Positions 27,399 through 37,712 of a DNA stretch of 64,000 nucleotides are shown here, piece after piece. A program made the position numbers and the translations under genes. Positions within the stretch are counted from its first letter, which is position 1, and every line of letters begins with the position of its first letter. Under the pieces are notes generated by a model that searched no databases, was not told where the DNA came from, and saw only the letters and a program-made list of their open reading frames with translations. The DNA is from an uncultured Methanosarcinales archaeon (GTDB lineage Archaea > Nanobdellota > Nanobdellia > Woesearchaeales > GW2011-AR4): the NCBI GenBank assembly GCA_964438385.1, contig CAYTKI010000011.1, forward strand, positions 48,739-112,738, given 5' to 3'.

Positions 27399-28357
27399 TG
27401 CGCCTTCTCATTACCGGCGGACTAGGGTTCATCGGCAGCCATTTCATTAGGCACATTCTCAAAAAATATCCAACCTATCGCATCACAAATCTCGATAAGA
27501 TCACCTATGCGGGAAATGCCGATAATCTTAAGGATGTTGAGCGCAATAAGAATTATTGCTTTGTCAAGGGCGATATCTGCGATGCCACTCTTGTAAAAAA
27601 ACTGGTGAAAGATGCGGACGCGATCATCAATTTCGCCGCCGAGACCCATGTCGATCGCTCAATTGAGGATGCAAGCTCTTTTGTGCGAACAGATGTCCTG
27701 GGGACATACACGCTCCTCAACGCCGCAAAAGACGCCGGCATAAAAAAATTCCTGCATATCTCAACTGATGAAGTGTATGGAAGCATTGAAAAGGGATCAT
27801 TTACTGAAGTTTCCTCCATGCAGCCAAACAGCCCCTATGCGGCAAGCAAGGCAGGAGGGGATATGTTCGTGCGCGCCTATCACCAGACTTTTGGCCTGCC
27901 AGTAGTCATCACGCGCAGCTCAAATAACTATGGCCCCTTCCAGTATCCTGAGAAGTTCATCCCACTCTTCATCACCAACCTTCTTTTGGGCAAGAAAGTC
28001 CCCTTGTATGGGGATGGGAAGAATGTGCGCGACTGGCTCTTTGTTGAGGATAACTGCAGGGCGATTGATATGGCCTTCCATAAAGGGGTTCTGGGAGAAA
28101 TTTACAATATCGGCGGGGACTGCGAGAAGAGAAATATTGATGTCGTGCGCATGATACTTAAGGAAATGGGCAAGGGGGAGGAGTGCATTGAGCAGGTGAC
28201 CGATCGCCTGGGCCATGACCGCAGGTATTCCCTTGATAACTCAAAAATCAGAAAGCTTGGTTGGAAGCCAAAGATGGATTTTAGGCAAGGGCTCAAATTG
28301 ACAGTTGAATGGTACAAGGGTAATGAGCAATGGTGGAGAAAAACACTCGGAAAATAG
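27398..28357 (+). CDS. rmlB: dTDP-glucose 4,6-dehydratase
   Basis: LLITGGLGFIGSHF...ISTDEVYG...YAASKAGGD. Canonical RmlB. Confidence 0.9.
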   Translation: MRLLITGGLGFIGSHFIRHILKKYPTYRITNLDKITYAGNADNLKDVERNKNYCFVKGDICDATLVKKLVKDADAIINFAAETHVDRSIEDASSFVRTDVLGTYTLLNAAKDAGIKKFLHISTDEVYGSIEKGSFTEVSSMQPNSPYAASKAGGDMFVRAYHQTFGLPVVITRSSNNYGPFQYPEKFIPLFITNLLLGKKVPLYGDGKNVRDWLFVEDNCRAIDMAFHKGVLGEIYNIGGDCEKRNIDVVRMILKEMGKGEECIEQVTDRLGHDRRYSLDNSKIRKLGWKPKMDFRQGLKLTVEWYKGNEQWWRKTLGK

Positions 28358-29178
28358 TTGTAATCGGTAGCAAAGGAATGCTGGGCACCGATATGGCTAC
28401 CGAGCTCTCGCGGCATTCTTTTCAGCTACATTCATTTGATCGAGATGAAGTGGATATCACTAAGCCAAATCAGATTCGCGCGATTTTCGGCAAAATCCGC
28501 CCGGTAGTAGTCATCAACTGCGCCGCTTACACTGATGTGGATGGCAGCGAGTCGCATCGCAAGGAAGCATTTGCGCTCAATGCAGGGGCAGTAAGGGATC
28601 TCGCTATAGCATGCAGGGAAATTAATGCCCTCCTTGTCCACTATTCTACTGATTATGTCTTCAATGGGAAATCCAAAAAAGGGTACAGGGAAGATGGCAA
28701 AAAAGACCCGATAAATTATTACGGCAAAACCAAGTCCATTGGGGAGGATTACCTCAGCGAGGATCTAAAAGAGCATTATCTCATCCGAACCTCCTGGCTT
28801 TTCGGAGAGAACGGAAAGAATTTCATTGAAGCAATCAAAAAGAAAGCAAATGAGCAGGAGATTAGGGTTGTGGACGATCAGCGCGGCTCCCCAACCTACA
28901 CTAAAGACCTCGCAAAGGCAACAGTTAGGCTCATTGTGGGAAAATATCCTTTTGGCACCTATCATCTCACAAATAGCGGCGTTTGCACCTGGCATGAGTT
29001 CGCAAAAGAGGTTCTGGCACAGATAGGATCAAATGCCAAGGTGATTGCAATCAAGTCCATTGAGCTCAAGCGGGCGGCAAAAAGGCCTATCTGCTCCATC
29101 CTTCTGAACACAAAATTTAAAAGCGCCCTGCCATCCTGGAAGGATGCAGTACGAAGGTATATTGGGGGGAGCAAATGA
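28330..29178 (+). CDS. rmlD: dTDP-4-dehydrorhamnose reductase
   Basis: KIVVIGSKGMLG...VINCAAYTDVDGSE...STDYVFNG...YGKTK. RmlD signature. Confidence 0.85.
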   Translation: MVEKNTRKIVVIGSKGMLGTDMATELSRHSFQLHSFDRDEVDITKPNQIRAIFGKIRPVVVINCAAYTDVDGSESHRKEAFALNAGAVRDLAIACREINALLVHYSTDYVFNGKSKKGYREDGKKDPINYYGKTKSIGEDYLSEDLKEHYLIRTSWLFGENGKNFIEAIKKKANEQEIRVVDDQRGSPTYTKDLAKATVRLIVGKYPFGTYHLTNSGVCTWHEFAKEVLAQIGSNAKVIAIKSIELKRAAKRPICSILLNTKFKSALPSWKDAVRRYIGGSK

Positions 29179-29930
29179 AAGGAGTGATTCTTGCTGGCGG
29201 ATTCGGCACTCGCCTTGGCCTTCTCACCAAGGTAACAAACAAGCACCTGCTCCCGGTCTATGATAAGCCCATGATTTTCTATCCGCTCCAGAATCTTCTC
29301 GAGGCGGGAATTAGGGATATCATGATCATCTCAGGGCCTGAGTATTCAGGGCATTTTTTAAGGCTCCTAGGTTCAGGGAAAAACTTCAAGGCGCGCTTCA
29401 CCTACGAGATCCAGGATGACGCAGGAGGAATCGCGCAGGCATTGGGCCTTGCTGAGGACTTTGCCGATGGGGAGGATATTGCGGTCATCTTGGGGGATAA
29501 TATCTTCCAGGACGGCTTTTCAAAAGAGATCGCCTCATTTCGCTACGGGGCAAAGATATTTCTCAAGCCGACAGCCGAGGCAAAAAGGTTTGGCGTGGCG
29601 GAAATCAAGGGGGATCGCGTTGTTCGCATCGAGGAAAAGCCGAAAAAGCCAAAGAGCAATCTCGCGGTCACGGGGTTATATTTATATGACGCAAGGGTGT
29701 TTGACATCATCCGAAAACTCAGGCCCTCTTCACGCGGCGAGCTTGAGATAACAGATGTGAATAACGTGTATATTCGGATGGGGCTCATGAGCTATGCCAC
29801 CGTGCGTGGCTACTGGACTGACGCTGGCACACAGGATACGCTCTTGCGTGCATCAGTTCTGGTTCAGCGCCAGAGCAAGGGAGAGAGAGGGAAATCTTCA
29901 TGGGCAAAAAAATTGCGATTTTCATTATAG
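29175..29930 (+). CDS. rmlA: Glucose-1-phosphate thymidylyltransferase
   Basis: MKGVILAGGFGTRLGLLTK...KHLLPVYDKPMIFYPL. RmlA N-terminal signature. Confidence 0.85.
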   Translation: MKGVILAGGFGTRLGLLTKVTNKHLLPVYDKPMIFYPLQNLLEAGIRDIMIISGPEYSGHFLRLLGSGKNFKARFTYEIQDDAGGIAQALGLAEDFADGEDIAVILGDNIFQDGFSKEIASFRYGAKIFLKPTAEAKRFGVAEIKGDRVVRIEEKPKKPKSNLAVTGLYLYDARVFDIIRKLRPSSRGELEITDVNNVYIRMGLMSYATVRGYWTDAGTQDTLLRASVLVQRQSKGERGKSSWAKKLRFSL

Positions 29931-30664
29931 CATACCAGGCAGTGACCACGTTTGACAAGGTCATTCGGCGCATCCCAAAAAAGGTGTATGATGGGGTGGG
30001 GGAGATCTTCCTGATTGATGATTCCAGCAATGACAATACATACTACGCCGCCATCGGCTATAAGCACCTGCATCATCTCAAAAAACTCAATGTGTTTCGG
30101 AACCCAAAGAACCTCGGCTATGGAGGAAACCAGAAAAGAGGATACAATTACGCGATCTCAAAGGGGCATGACATCGTCGTGATGCTCCATGGCGATGCGC
30201 AGTATGCCCCGGAGCAATTGCCAAGCATCCTTAGGCCCCTTATTGAGGGCAAGGCGGATATGGTTTTTGGCTCGCGCATGCTTGGAAACCCCCTGAAGGG
30301 AAAGATGCCGATTGTCAAATATATAGGTAATAGGATCCTCACATCCATTCAGAATTTCTTCCTCAAGACAAATCTTACCGAGTTCCATTCCGGCTATCGG
30401 GCATATAGCTGCAAGGCGCTTAGAAAAGTTCCCTTCAACAAGTGCGCAGATGACTTCCATTTCGATACCGAGATTCTTATCCAGTTTATCGAGAGAGGCT
30501 TGCGCATACAAGAGGTTCCGATCCCAACCTACTATGGTGATGAGATCTCCCGTGTGAAGATTCTGGAGTATGGCTATAATGTGCTCAAATCAACGATTGA
30601 GTATGTGCTCCACAAGCGCGGGATCATCTATCGGGAGAAGTATGACCTCTCAAAAGACGGCTAG
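29900..30664 (+). CDS. GT2 polyprenyl-phosphate glycosyltransferase (Dpm1-like), copy 2
   Basis: IAIFIIAYQ...LIDDSSNDNT...HGDAQY...GSRML. GT2 motifs. Confidence 0.8.
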   Translation: MGKKIAIFIIAYQAVTTFDKVIRRIPKKVYDGVGEIFLIDDSSNDNTYYAAIGYKHLHHLKKLNVFRNPKNLGYGGNQKRGYNYAISKGHDIVVMLHGDAQYAPEQLPSILRPLIEGKADMVFGSRMLGNPLKGKMPIVKYIGNRILTSIQNFFLKTNLTEFHSGYRAYSCKALRKVPFNKCADDFHFDTEILIQFIERGLRIQEVPIPTYYGDEISRVKILEYGYNVLKSTIEYVLHKRGIIYREKYDLSKDG

Positions 30665-30681
30665 GGTGCCTGGGCAGTCCG

Positions 30682-33264
30682 ATGAAAATAACCCTCAATG
30701 ACATCCTCGCGCTTGCGTTTGTCATCCTGCTCTCCCTTGTACTAAAAAAGTTTCTCCTCATCCCCTTAGTGGCAATTGCCATCGTCTATCTTCTGGGAAA
30801 AGATCTTGATTCCTGCCACAAGAATCTCGCGTATCTTGCTGCCATGATGATTCCATTTCTGCCTTTTTTGGTTTTCTTTCTGTTCTATCTGCCTTTTACG
30901 ATTTTTGGAATCCTGTTGAGCAAACGCTCATTCATCAAAAGCTATGTGCTGGGCCTTTCCATCATTTTGATTCTGCGCATTTTTCTCTACCACCTCACTA
31001 TGCTAGGCGTCCCGTTGACCAAGTGGACTATTCTTTTCACTACCCTTCTCTTCCTCTCCATTTCCTATTCTTTTTTTATCAAAAAGAATGGAATGCAGGA
31101 AGTAAAAAATACCTTTAAGGTGGATGGAAAGGAGTTTAGGATTTTATTGGGAACCCTCTTTTTTCTCTTTTTCGTCTCCCAGGTCATCTACAATAACACA
31201 AGCCTGTATGGCTCAAATGGGACGCAAATCTATGCCAAGCAGAAGTTCGTGATTGATTCCATTGAAAAATACGGCAAGTTCCCCCTCTATGATCCAGGAA
31301 TAGGGATGGGCGAGCAGCTCTTCCTGACTGATTCCCCCACCCATTTCATCAAGGATATCCTGGTGCTTGCGACCATTTGGCTGCGTCCCTGGTTTGGTGA
31401 AGTGCTTATCTATAATGCGTATCACATGTTCATCCTCTGGATGGTGATGCTTGCGGCATCAGTTCTTTTGCGTGAGCTTCTCTCAAGGGAGGGAAAAGAC
31501 AACAGCGCCTTAACCCATTATTTTGTCATCCTGGGAAGCATTGCAATCGCCCTGAGCTTTGTGTTTGTTCGCCTGCTTGAAAGCTTCAAGGCATTCTCCG
31601 CGCATCCGATCAACCTATTGCTCCTCGCGCTTCTTTTCACAAAGCCAAAAAAGCCGCTGGAGTGGCTTGTCATCGGCTATCTTATGCTCTTCAGCTACAT
31701 GGTGCATGCGATCCAGGCCATGGGGGTGTTTGTGCTTGCGGTATCTATCCTAATCGTGATGTATGTGCGGGATTGGGCTTCGGTTAGGAATGGCTTTTCC
31801 TATCTTCTCTCCCACAAGGTGAAGGCAGGAGCAATCGTGCTCATCTTCATCGCGGTCATGTTCGGCTACACCGCGACAGGATATATCACCAAGGATTATC
31901 TGCGCCAGAGCAATCCGGGGATAATCCAGCCAAACCCCTGGCCAAACACCATCGGATGGTTTTTTGGATTCTTTGAGAATCCCGATATCACCATCCTCTC
32001 CATCCACTATCCTGATCTTCGCAGGATCGACACCAAGCACTCCGGCTTTTTCCTCTCGGTGATTGGAGGGATATCATTTCTGATCCTGCTCTTTGCGTTC
32101 AAGCATGATGCCATGGGAAAGTCCTCGCTTTTTTGCTGGGCATTTGTGCTGCAATTCATCCTCTATGGCATTTCAACAAACATCATCAACGTTGGAAACC
32201 TTGAGCCCGGCTATCGCATAGTTCTTCCCTATGCCATTGTCGCGCTTGCCATCTCTTTTTGCGCGCTCTTTGATGCGCTAAAAAACATAAAGATGAAAGC
32301 GGTTATTGCCATTGTTTGTCTTGCATTCCTCGTCCATAGCTTCTATTATGTCAATATCAATATGGGAAACATCCACTCATCCTCAATCATTTCAAAGAAC
32401 GTCTTTCCCGATGTCATCGCGGCAATTGAGAGGCTGCCTATAGATGGGCGCTTCATCACCTACGGCCATTTCTCAAATGAGGTGGATGCGGGAATTGCTT
32501 CATCAACAGGAAGATATTTCACACGCTACCAATACAATCTCTGGAGTTCAAAAAATAACATCTATGAGTTGGTCCATACCCAGCATTCATTTGGTGAGTT
32601 TCCGGAGTTGGCAGGTCTTTCCGGGGCGCAGCTGCATAACTACTGGGCGCTTGGAGGGTATAAGTATATGTTCATCAACGCATGCCATCCGGTGGGAAAC
32701 ACAATTCTCCAAAAGGCATATCCCAATTACACCCAACCATTCTTTCAAAGCGAGCAGAATAAATGCCTCATCCTTGCCAAGGTGAATAATGTGTCCTACG
32801 CGGAAAAAGTGAGCGTTCTCAAAGAAGTGGATGATGTGGTGTACAAGAGGGAAGATGGATATTATTATCTCACCGTGAGCGATCTTTCCCGCTACCATGT
32901 TGATCGGAAAGCTGCTCTCAATGGTGTGTCTAATTCACCCTCACCACCGCAGGAGTTATCGTTCAAGCGCACAACTCCCCAGGAAGTTGAAATCAGCGGC
33001 GATTTCAGGCCCGGTGATTGGGTGAATTTCAAGGAGGAGTATTTCTTCCGCTGGAGAGCATATATGGACGGCAAGGAAGTCCCAGTCTATCCAAGCAACT
33101 TCAACATGATTTTGATAAAAGTGACAGAGCCAGGAACTTCAATCCACTTGGTCTATGACATCCTCCCCTCCGAGAGGATCTTCCACATCATCTCTCTCAT
33201 CGGCACATTCCTCTGCGCTGCATTGTTCCTTCTGCTCCTAAGAAGGCCGGAGTGGCTGGATTAA
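30682..33264 (+). CDS. Large polytopic membrane protein, putative GT-C/YfhO-like glycosyltransferase
   Basis: 860 aa, >15 TM helices, a large C-terminal extracytoplasmic domain, terminal TM. LYDPGIGMGEQLF resembles the YfhO W-x-P-x-x-G-x-P-LF loop. Lies immediately downstream of a Dpm1-like GT2. Confidence 0.45.
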   Translation: MKITLNDILALAFVILLSLVLKKFLLIPLVAIAIVYLLGKDLDSCHKNLAYLAAMMIPFLPFLVFFLFYLPFTIFGILLSKRSFIKSYVLGLSIILILRIFLYHLTMLGVPLTKWTILFTTLLFLSISYSFFIKKNGMQEVKNTFKVDGKEFRILLGTLFFLFFVSQVIYNNTSLYGSNGTQIYAKQKFVIDSIEKYGKFPLYDPGIGMGEQLFLTDSPTHFIKDILVLATIWLRPWFGEVLIYNAYHMFILWMVMLAASVLLRELLSREGKDNSALTHYFVILGSIAIALSFVFVRLLESFKAFSAHPINLLLLALLFTKPKKPLEWLVIGYLMLFSYMVHAIQAMGVFVLAVSILIVMYVRDWASVRNGFSYLLSHKVKAGAIVLIFIAVMFGYTATGYITKDYLRQSNPGIIQPNPWPNTIGWFFGFFENPDITILSIHYPDLRRIDTKHSGFFLSVIGGISFLILLFAFKHDAMGKSSLFCWAFVLQFILYGISTNIINVGNLEPGYRIVLPYAIVALAISFCALFDALKNIKMKAVIAIVCLAFLVHSFYYVNINMGNIHSSSIISKNVFPDVIAAIERLPIDGRFITYGHFSNEVDAGIASSTGRYFTRYQYNLWSSKNNIYELVHTQHSFGEFPELAGLSGAQLHNYWALGGYKYMFINACHPVGNTILQKAYPNYTQPFFQSEQNKCLILAKVNNVSYAEKVSVLKEVDDVVYKREDGYYYLTVSDLSRYHVDRKAALNGVSNSPSPPQELSFKRTTPQEVEISGDFRPGDWVNFKEEYFFRWRAYMDGKEVPVYPSNFNMILIKVTEPGTSIHLVYDILPSERIFHIISLIGTFLCAALFLLLLRRPEWLD

Positions 33265-33424
33265 GAGAAGTGGAAGTGCAGGAGTTCTTTTAACCAAATT
33301 TAAGTTCAATAATTTTTAGTGGCTAACGACTGATAGGGGGCATATGGAACGACTACGACCCAATGTCTCCATGGATATCCATTCTTTATTGCTCACTTTG
33401 TTTACCCGATTCCACAACCAAAAC

Positions 33425-33432
33425 CTTTAAAT
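33425..33432 (+). promoter_or_regulatory. TTTAAATA box (archaeal TATA-like) upstream of the wHTH-NTase gene
   Basis: TTTAAATA lies 37 nt upstream of the ATG at 33469. Similar boxes occur at 15834-15841, 20955-20962, 41121-41128 and 51011-51021. Confidence 0.4.
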
Positions 33433-33468
33433 ACCACTATTAACCATTAGTTAATAACTATTAACAAA

Positions 33469-34068
33469 ATGGAAACAACAAAGCCGACCATCAAAATCCT
33501 GAAAATCCTGCTAAAAGAGATCTCCATAAATCCCACTATAACCTTCTTAGCTAAAGAAATTGGCATGAGCAGGGTAGGAACGTGGAAGATCCTTAAGAAG
33601 CTAGAAGCAGGGAAACTAATTACCCTATCTCCAATAGGTGAAGGCAAAACAAGTGCCAATATCATAAGCCTGAACTGGGAAAATTCCATTATAGAAAAGA
33701 CTTTATCCCTTGCATTAACGCAAGATGCCCTGAAAAATCAGAGATGGCTAAGCAGTTTTGAGGAATTAGAAAATAAAGTCGATTTTCTCTTGATCTATGG
33801 CAGCATTATCCATTCTCCAAAAGAAGCTAATGACATTGATGTCTTAGGGGTAACCAATAAGAATGAATTTTTGGAAATAGAAGAATCAATTAAAATGATA
33901 CAGAAAGTCCAGATCAAAAAAATACATGCCATTAACTTTACACCAGCAGAATTTAAAGGAGAGCTTGAGAAGCCAAACAAGGTGTTTATTGATGCAATAA
34001 AGAAGGGAACGATCTTATTCGGTCAGGAAAAATTTATTGAGTTCATGAAGGGAATTCAGAGAAAATGA
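33469..34068 (+). CDS. wHTH-fused minimal nucleotidyltransferase (MNT-like antitoxin/toxin partner)
   Basis: N-terminal wHTH (ITFLAKEIGMSRVGTWKILKKLE), then the NTase core LLIYGSIIHSPKEANDIDVLGV (GS..DxD). TTTAAATA lies 37 nt upstream. Confidence 0.6.
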   Translation: METTKPTIKILKILLKEISINPTITFLAKEIGMSRVGTWKILKKLEAGKLITLSPIGEGKTSANIISLNWENSIIEKTLSLALTQDALKNQRWLSSFEELENKVDFLLIYGSIIHSPKEANDIDVLGVTNKNEFLEIEESIKMIQKVQIKKIHAINFTPAEFKGELEKPNKVFIDAIKKGTILFGQEKFIEFMKGIQRK

Positions 34069-34600
34069 AAAAAGAAGTAAGAGAGTGCTTTGTACTCGCT
34101 GCAAAGGACGAGAAGAAAGGCAAAAAGCATAAGGGCCTTCTTATTGGAAAACCGGACAACAAAACAGCAGAAGGCTATATTCAAAAAGCAAAAGTAAACT
34201 TACAGCTTTGCGAAGTCTATAAGGAAAAAGGATTTGACTATAAGATCCCTGAAGAATGGTTTTATACGCTTTACTATTGCGCTTTGGCCATACTGTCAAA
34301 GTATGGATTGAGAGCAGAAGCCAGAAGTGCACTGCTTTTTTTCTTAGATATACGAAGGATCTCAAGTTAATAGAGTATGAAGATGAATTTATCGATAGGA
34401 TAACTGTGTACAGCACTAAAGAGGTAAAATCAGATGTGGATGAAAGAGAAACTGCAAGATATAGCTCATCTGTTACCAGCAAAGAAATTGAAAGCAAATA
34501 TAATCATATGACGGATGTATGTAAAAAAGCGATTTCTCAGGCAGAAGAGATAGTTTTTTCTGGCAAAGAGTTTAAAGTTCCTAAAGAATTATATGAATAA
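34065..34600 (+). pseudogene. HEPN-domain protein disrupted by a frameshift at a T7 run (34336-34342)
   Basis: ORF 34065..34370 has a HEPN-like N-terminus (YYCALAILSKYGL...SALLFF). It continues in another frame (34256..34600) as ...ERETARYSSSVTSKEIESKYNH...AISQAEEIV, which matches the HEPN C-terminal aRY...iskeeAeeal block. The junction is a 7-T homopolymer. Confidence 0.45.
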
Positions 34601-34776
34601 TTGACGGAATCCTCAAACGAACGACTTCTAACGAAATGTTCCCTCGAATGTTATTCCGGATTGCTCACCTTGTTCGCCTGATTGGAACGAGCCACTAAAA
34701 ATTACTCTGCGGACGCAGGTTTTCCACACTTGCGTATGGGAAACGAACTTAACAAGAACCAACGTTAAACAAACAG

Positions 34777-35133
34777 CTACTCCCTCGCCCAGAAATAAAT
34801 CCCCAGCCCAATAATCAGAGGAGGGAACACCCACACATGGTACTTGATGTGAAGGCCGAAAATACCAACATAATAGCTAAGTATGCCCATCACGGCAAAC
34901 AAGAGCGCGCAGCCGATTACAAGCCGCTCAAGGAAGTCAAGCTTTTCCTTCCAGTAGAGCATGAGGGCATAGCCGGGAATCACAAAGAGCCAGAAAAGCG
35001 ATGCCACCATCTTCACGATAACGATTATGCTCTCCTTGTAGAAGGCGATCTTAAGCGCGATGAGCAGTCCAAAAAGGGCGATGCCAAGGAAAAGCAGTTC
35101 CCCTTTCAGTTCCTCAAAATGTTTTTTCAGCAA
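34777..35133 (-). CDS. Small 4-TM membrane protein
   Basis: 118 aa with four hydrophobic helices. Overlaps the end of the upstream large membrane protein gene by 20 nt. Confidence 0.4.
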   Translation of the reverse strand: MLKKHFEELKGELLFLGIALFGLLIALKIAFYKESIIVIVKMVASLFWLFVIPGYALMLYWKEKLDFLERLVIGCALLFAVMGILSYYVGIFGLHIKYHVWVFPPLIIGLGIYFWARE

Positions 35134-36757
35134 TGCACTCTCCTCCTACTTTTGTGTTCGTGAGTATCACAACCATATCGTTTTGGAACGCGACTTGGCC
35201 GCCATTCTCTATAAGATCGTTTGCAATTAAAAGGTTATACTGCGCAAGCGCCTCCTGCCTGCTTGCCTTGTCAAGCACAAAATAATCAAACAGGCAGATG
35301 TCATACGAGCCCTTCCACATGAAATCAGAGAGATCCGATCGCTGATGCAGTTTTATTTTCGGAAACGGGGAAAAATACGGCATCCCCGCCCCATGGTCAG
35401 CCGGAGTCTCTGTCTCAAATACGCGATGAATCGATCTGTTCTGCAAGTCAGCAACAAAATCCTCAGGGATTATTTGTGCGTGCGTCCGTTTGGCATTGCG
35501 AAGAATCGCATCCTGGGAATACGGATCGCCATAGAAGAAATAGACCTTCGCATCAGGAGCAGTGTTCTTGCCTATCCATTGCAGCGCCTCCCAGTGCCAG
35601 GGATCCATGATGCCAGGTCCCACAACTTTGTTGTAGGTTGGGATGTGCTTAAGAGAAAAGAGGGGGGAAAACGCGTTTGCAAAGAGGAAGAGAAAAAGGA
35701 TGCCAACCCCAATCATAGAGGGAGAACGAAAATACTGAGGGATCAAATTCAACAATAAATAAAGCCCCATTCCAAAAAAGAACATGAAATACACCGGCCA
35801 TAGTAGGCGCGGCTGAAACGCCCGAATGCCAAAGCCGATGTAGTTTGTATAGCCGACAAGAAGCATGAACACTCCGGCAATCACCAGGAGGTGCATCTTC
35901 CTAAAAAAGAGCATCCCTCCGATTAGGCCAGCCGCAAGGACTATCAGCAAAAGTCCAAAATCAGTGAGATAAAAGATAGGCGTTCCCCCCCAATCGGTTG
36001 AGACCGAGAAGGAATAGGGATTCACTACCTGAAAGCTCTGAACAAAGATGAGTAGGTTGTAGCCGACCAATGCTCCGGCAAGAAGCGCGGCAAAGAGAAT
36101 ACCAAAAAGAAATGATTTGGTGAATTGCTTGGTGAATAATAGATAAATTCCGAAAAGGGTGACAAACCCCGCGCCATAGAGAAGCTCGGAAGTGTGCGAC
36201 AATCCAAGAGCTGCAAAGAACATCCCAAGCAGAAGCCAGCTCTTCGAAAGTTCATTGCGGCACACTGCCCAGAAGATACATATCAGGAAGAGCTGCCCAA
36301 CAATCGACGCCCAATGCCCCCAGAGAAAGCCAATGTAGGATTTGCTGGAAAAGAGGAGCACTGCCAGGGGAAGCGAGAGCAGCGCAATATGCTTATTGAG
36401 AGTCCTGATAATGACATACATCACAAGCGCTGCCATAATTGCGCTCAAAAAAATCATGAAGTAAAGAGTGTCATAGAGCGGAATTCCAGTGGAGAAAGAG
36501 AGCAGAACCCCAAGATGGTGCAAAACAGGCGGGTAATACCCAACAACATCAGTATATCCCTTCACAATATATGGCGGCTCATGGCGGTAATTACCCACAT
36601 CCTTGATGCCTTCAGCCCGAGTCTGCTGCTGGAACGTGTCTGAGGCCATATACCCATAGGGAAAATCATGCGAGAGTTTGTGGTCCCATAGGTTTCCCAC
36701 ACCAAGAAAGAGAAGTACTGTAATCACAATCCAAAGGTAGGACTTTTCAAGGTTCAT
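35114..36757 (-). CDS. Polytopic membrane protein, putative GT-C-fold glycosyltransferase
   Basis: 547 aa, ~13 TM helices plus a C-terminal soluble domain. No specific family recognised. Confidence 0.4.
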   Translation of the reverse strand: MNLEKSYLWIVITVLLFLGVGNLWDHKLSHDFPYGYMASDTFQQQTRAEGIKDVGNYRHEPPYIVKGYTDVVGYYPPVLHHLGVLLSFSTGIPLYDTLYFMIFLSAIMAALVMYVIIRTLNKHIALLSLPLAVLLFSSKSYIGFLWGHWASIVGQLFLICIFWAVCRNELSKSWLLLGMFFAALGLSHTSELLYGAGFVTLFGIYLLFTKQFTKSFLFGILFAALLAGALVGYNLLIFVQSFQVVNPYSFSVSTDWGGTPIFYLTDFGLLLIVLAAGLIGGMLFFRKMHLLVIAGVFMLLVGYTNYIGFGIRAFQPRLLWPVYFMFFFGMGLYLLLNLIPQYFRSPSMIGVGILFLFLFANAFSPLFSLKHIPTYNKVVGPGIMDPWHWEALQWIGKNTAPDAKVYFFYGDPYSQDAILRNAKRTHAQIIPEDFVADLQNRSIHRVFETETPADHGAGMPYFSPFPKIKLHQRSDLSDFMWKGSYDICLFDYFVLDKASRQEALAQYNLLIANDLIENGGQVAFQNDMVVILTNTKVGGECIAEKTF

Positions 36758-36788
36758 GGTGTTCGTCTAGTGTAAAAAAAGGTGCGTT

Positions 36789-37712
36789 TCATCTCTTCCT
36801 CGCATAGATAGTCACCTTATATCGCGGATCGACAAAGACTTTCCTTTTGTCTATCCCAAGGGAGGAGGACAGTGCGCCAAGGAGCGAGAATATCAGCTTG
36901 TTGTAGAGTTTTCCGCGCTCCATGGCCACTCCGATGGAAAAATACCTTCCCGCTGTTTCCACGCGAAGAATCTCAAAGCCAAGCGACTCAAGCATCTTCC
37001 TAAGTGTCTCTTCGGAAAAGAAATAGATGTGTTCGCGGACCCGGCGTACCTCTTCCCAGTTCTTTCCAAGAAGGCGTGCAACAACGCTTCCGATGTTTGG
37101 GGTGGTGATTGATATCACACCTCCTTTTTTCAGCACGCGTCCCATCTCCGCAACAGTCCTCTTAGGATCAGGAAGGTGCTCAATCACATCAAAGAGGGTG
37201 ATGGCATCAAACGATCCGGAAGGGAATTTCACCTGCTCGAGCGTCTTTTTCTGAACGGGAATCTTAAGTACCTTCTTCGTATAGGAATATGCATAATCCG
37301 CGAGCTCAAGTCCCTCAACCTTCCACCCCTGCTCCCGCGCCAATTCCAAAAAGAACCCGAGCGCGCAGCCGATGTCAAGCAGCTTTCCTTTTTTCGCATA
37401 GCGGTTGATCCACTTCAGCCGCAAATTAAATGTCGCGCGGATGTCATCTTTCTCCCGAAGGTACTCGCCATAGCCGAAGAACGTCGTCTTCTTGCCTTTG
37501 AACACGGGGTTGTGATAGTAATTCTTATCATAGATCTCATGGAGCTTCTTTTCCTTTAGCCGCGGATTTTGGTAGATGAGCCCGCATCTTCTGCACTTCA
37601 CAATCGTATAGCCATTGAGCTTCAGATACGCTCTTGCAGAATTCAAACCGCAGAGATTGCAAGAGACAAATTCTAAGGATGCTTCTGCGCCCATAATCTC
37701 CAAAGAAGCCAC
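36789..37712 (-). CDS. Class I SAM-dependent methyltransferase with N-terminal Cys4 zinc ribbon
   Basis: CNLCG...CRRCG zinc ribbon, LLDIGCALGFF motif I, DAITLFDVIEHL. Confidence 0.7.
   Translation of the reverse strand: MASLEIMGAEASLEFVSCNLCGLNSARAYLKLNGYTIVKCRRCGLIYQNPRLKEKKLHEIYDKNYYHNPVFKGKKTTFFGYGEYLREKDDIRATFNLRLKWINRYAKKGKLLDIGCALGFFLELAREQGWKVEGLELADYAYSYTKKVLKIPVQKKTLEQVKFPSGSFDAITLFDVIEHLPDPKRTVAEMGRVLKKGGVISITTPNIGSVVARLLGKNWEEVRRVREHIYFFSEETLRKMLESLGFEILRVETAGRYFSIGVAMERGKLYNKLIFSLLGALSSSLGIDKRKVFVDPRYKVTIYARKR

Noticed and set aside
30682-33264. The 860-aa membrane protein as an oligosaccharyltransferase (AglB/STT3)
   Set aside because: No WWDYG-type motif or DK/MI motif was found. 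The YDPGIGMGEQLF loop fits YfhO-like GT-C better, so it is called only a generic GT-C/YfhO-like protein.
34600-34790. Possible tRNA, small RNA or terminator in the 190-nt spacer after the HEPN gene
   Set aside because: No cloverleaf-compatible segment and no GTTCRAATC T-loop. There is only a weak 4-5-bp hairpin (CTGCG-GAC-GCAG) followed by GTTTT, insufficient to call an RNA gene or a terminator.
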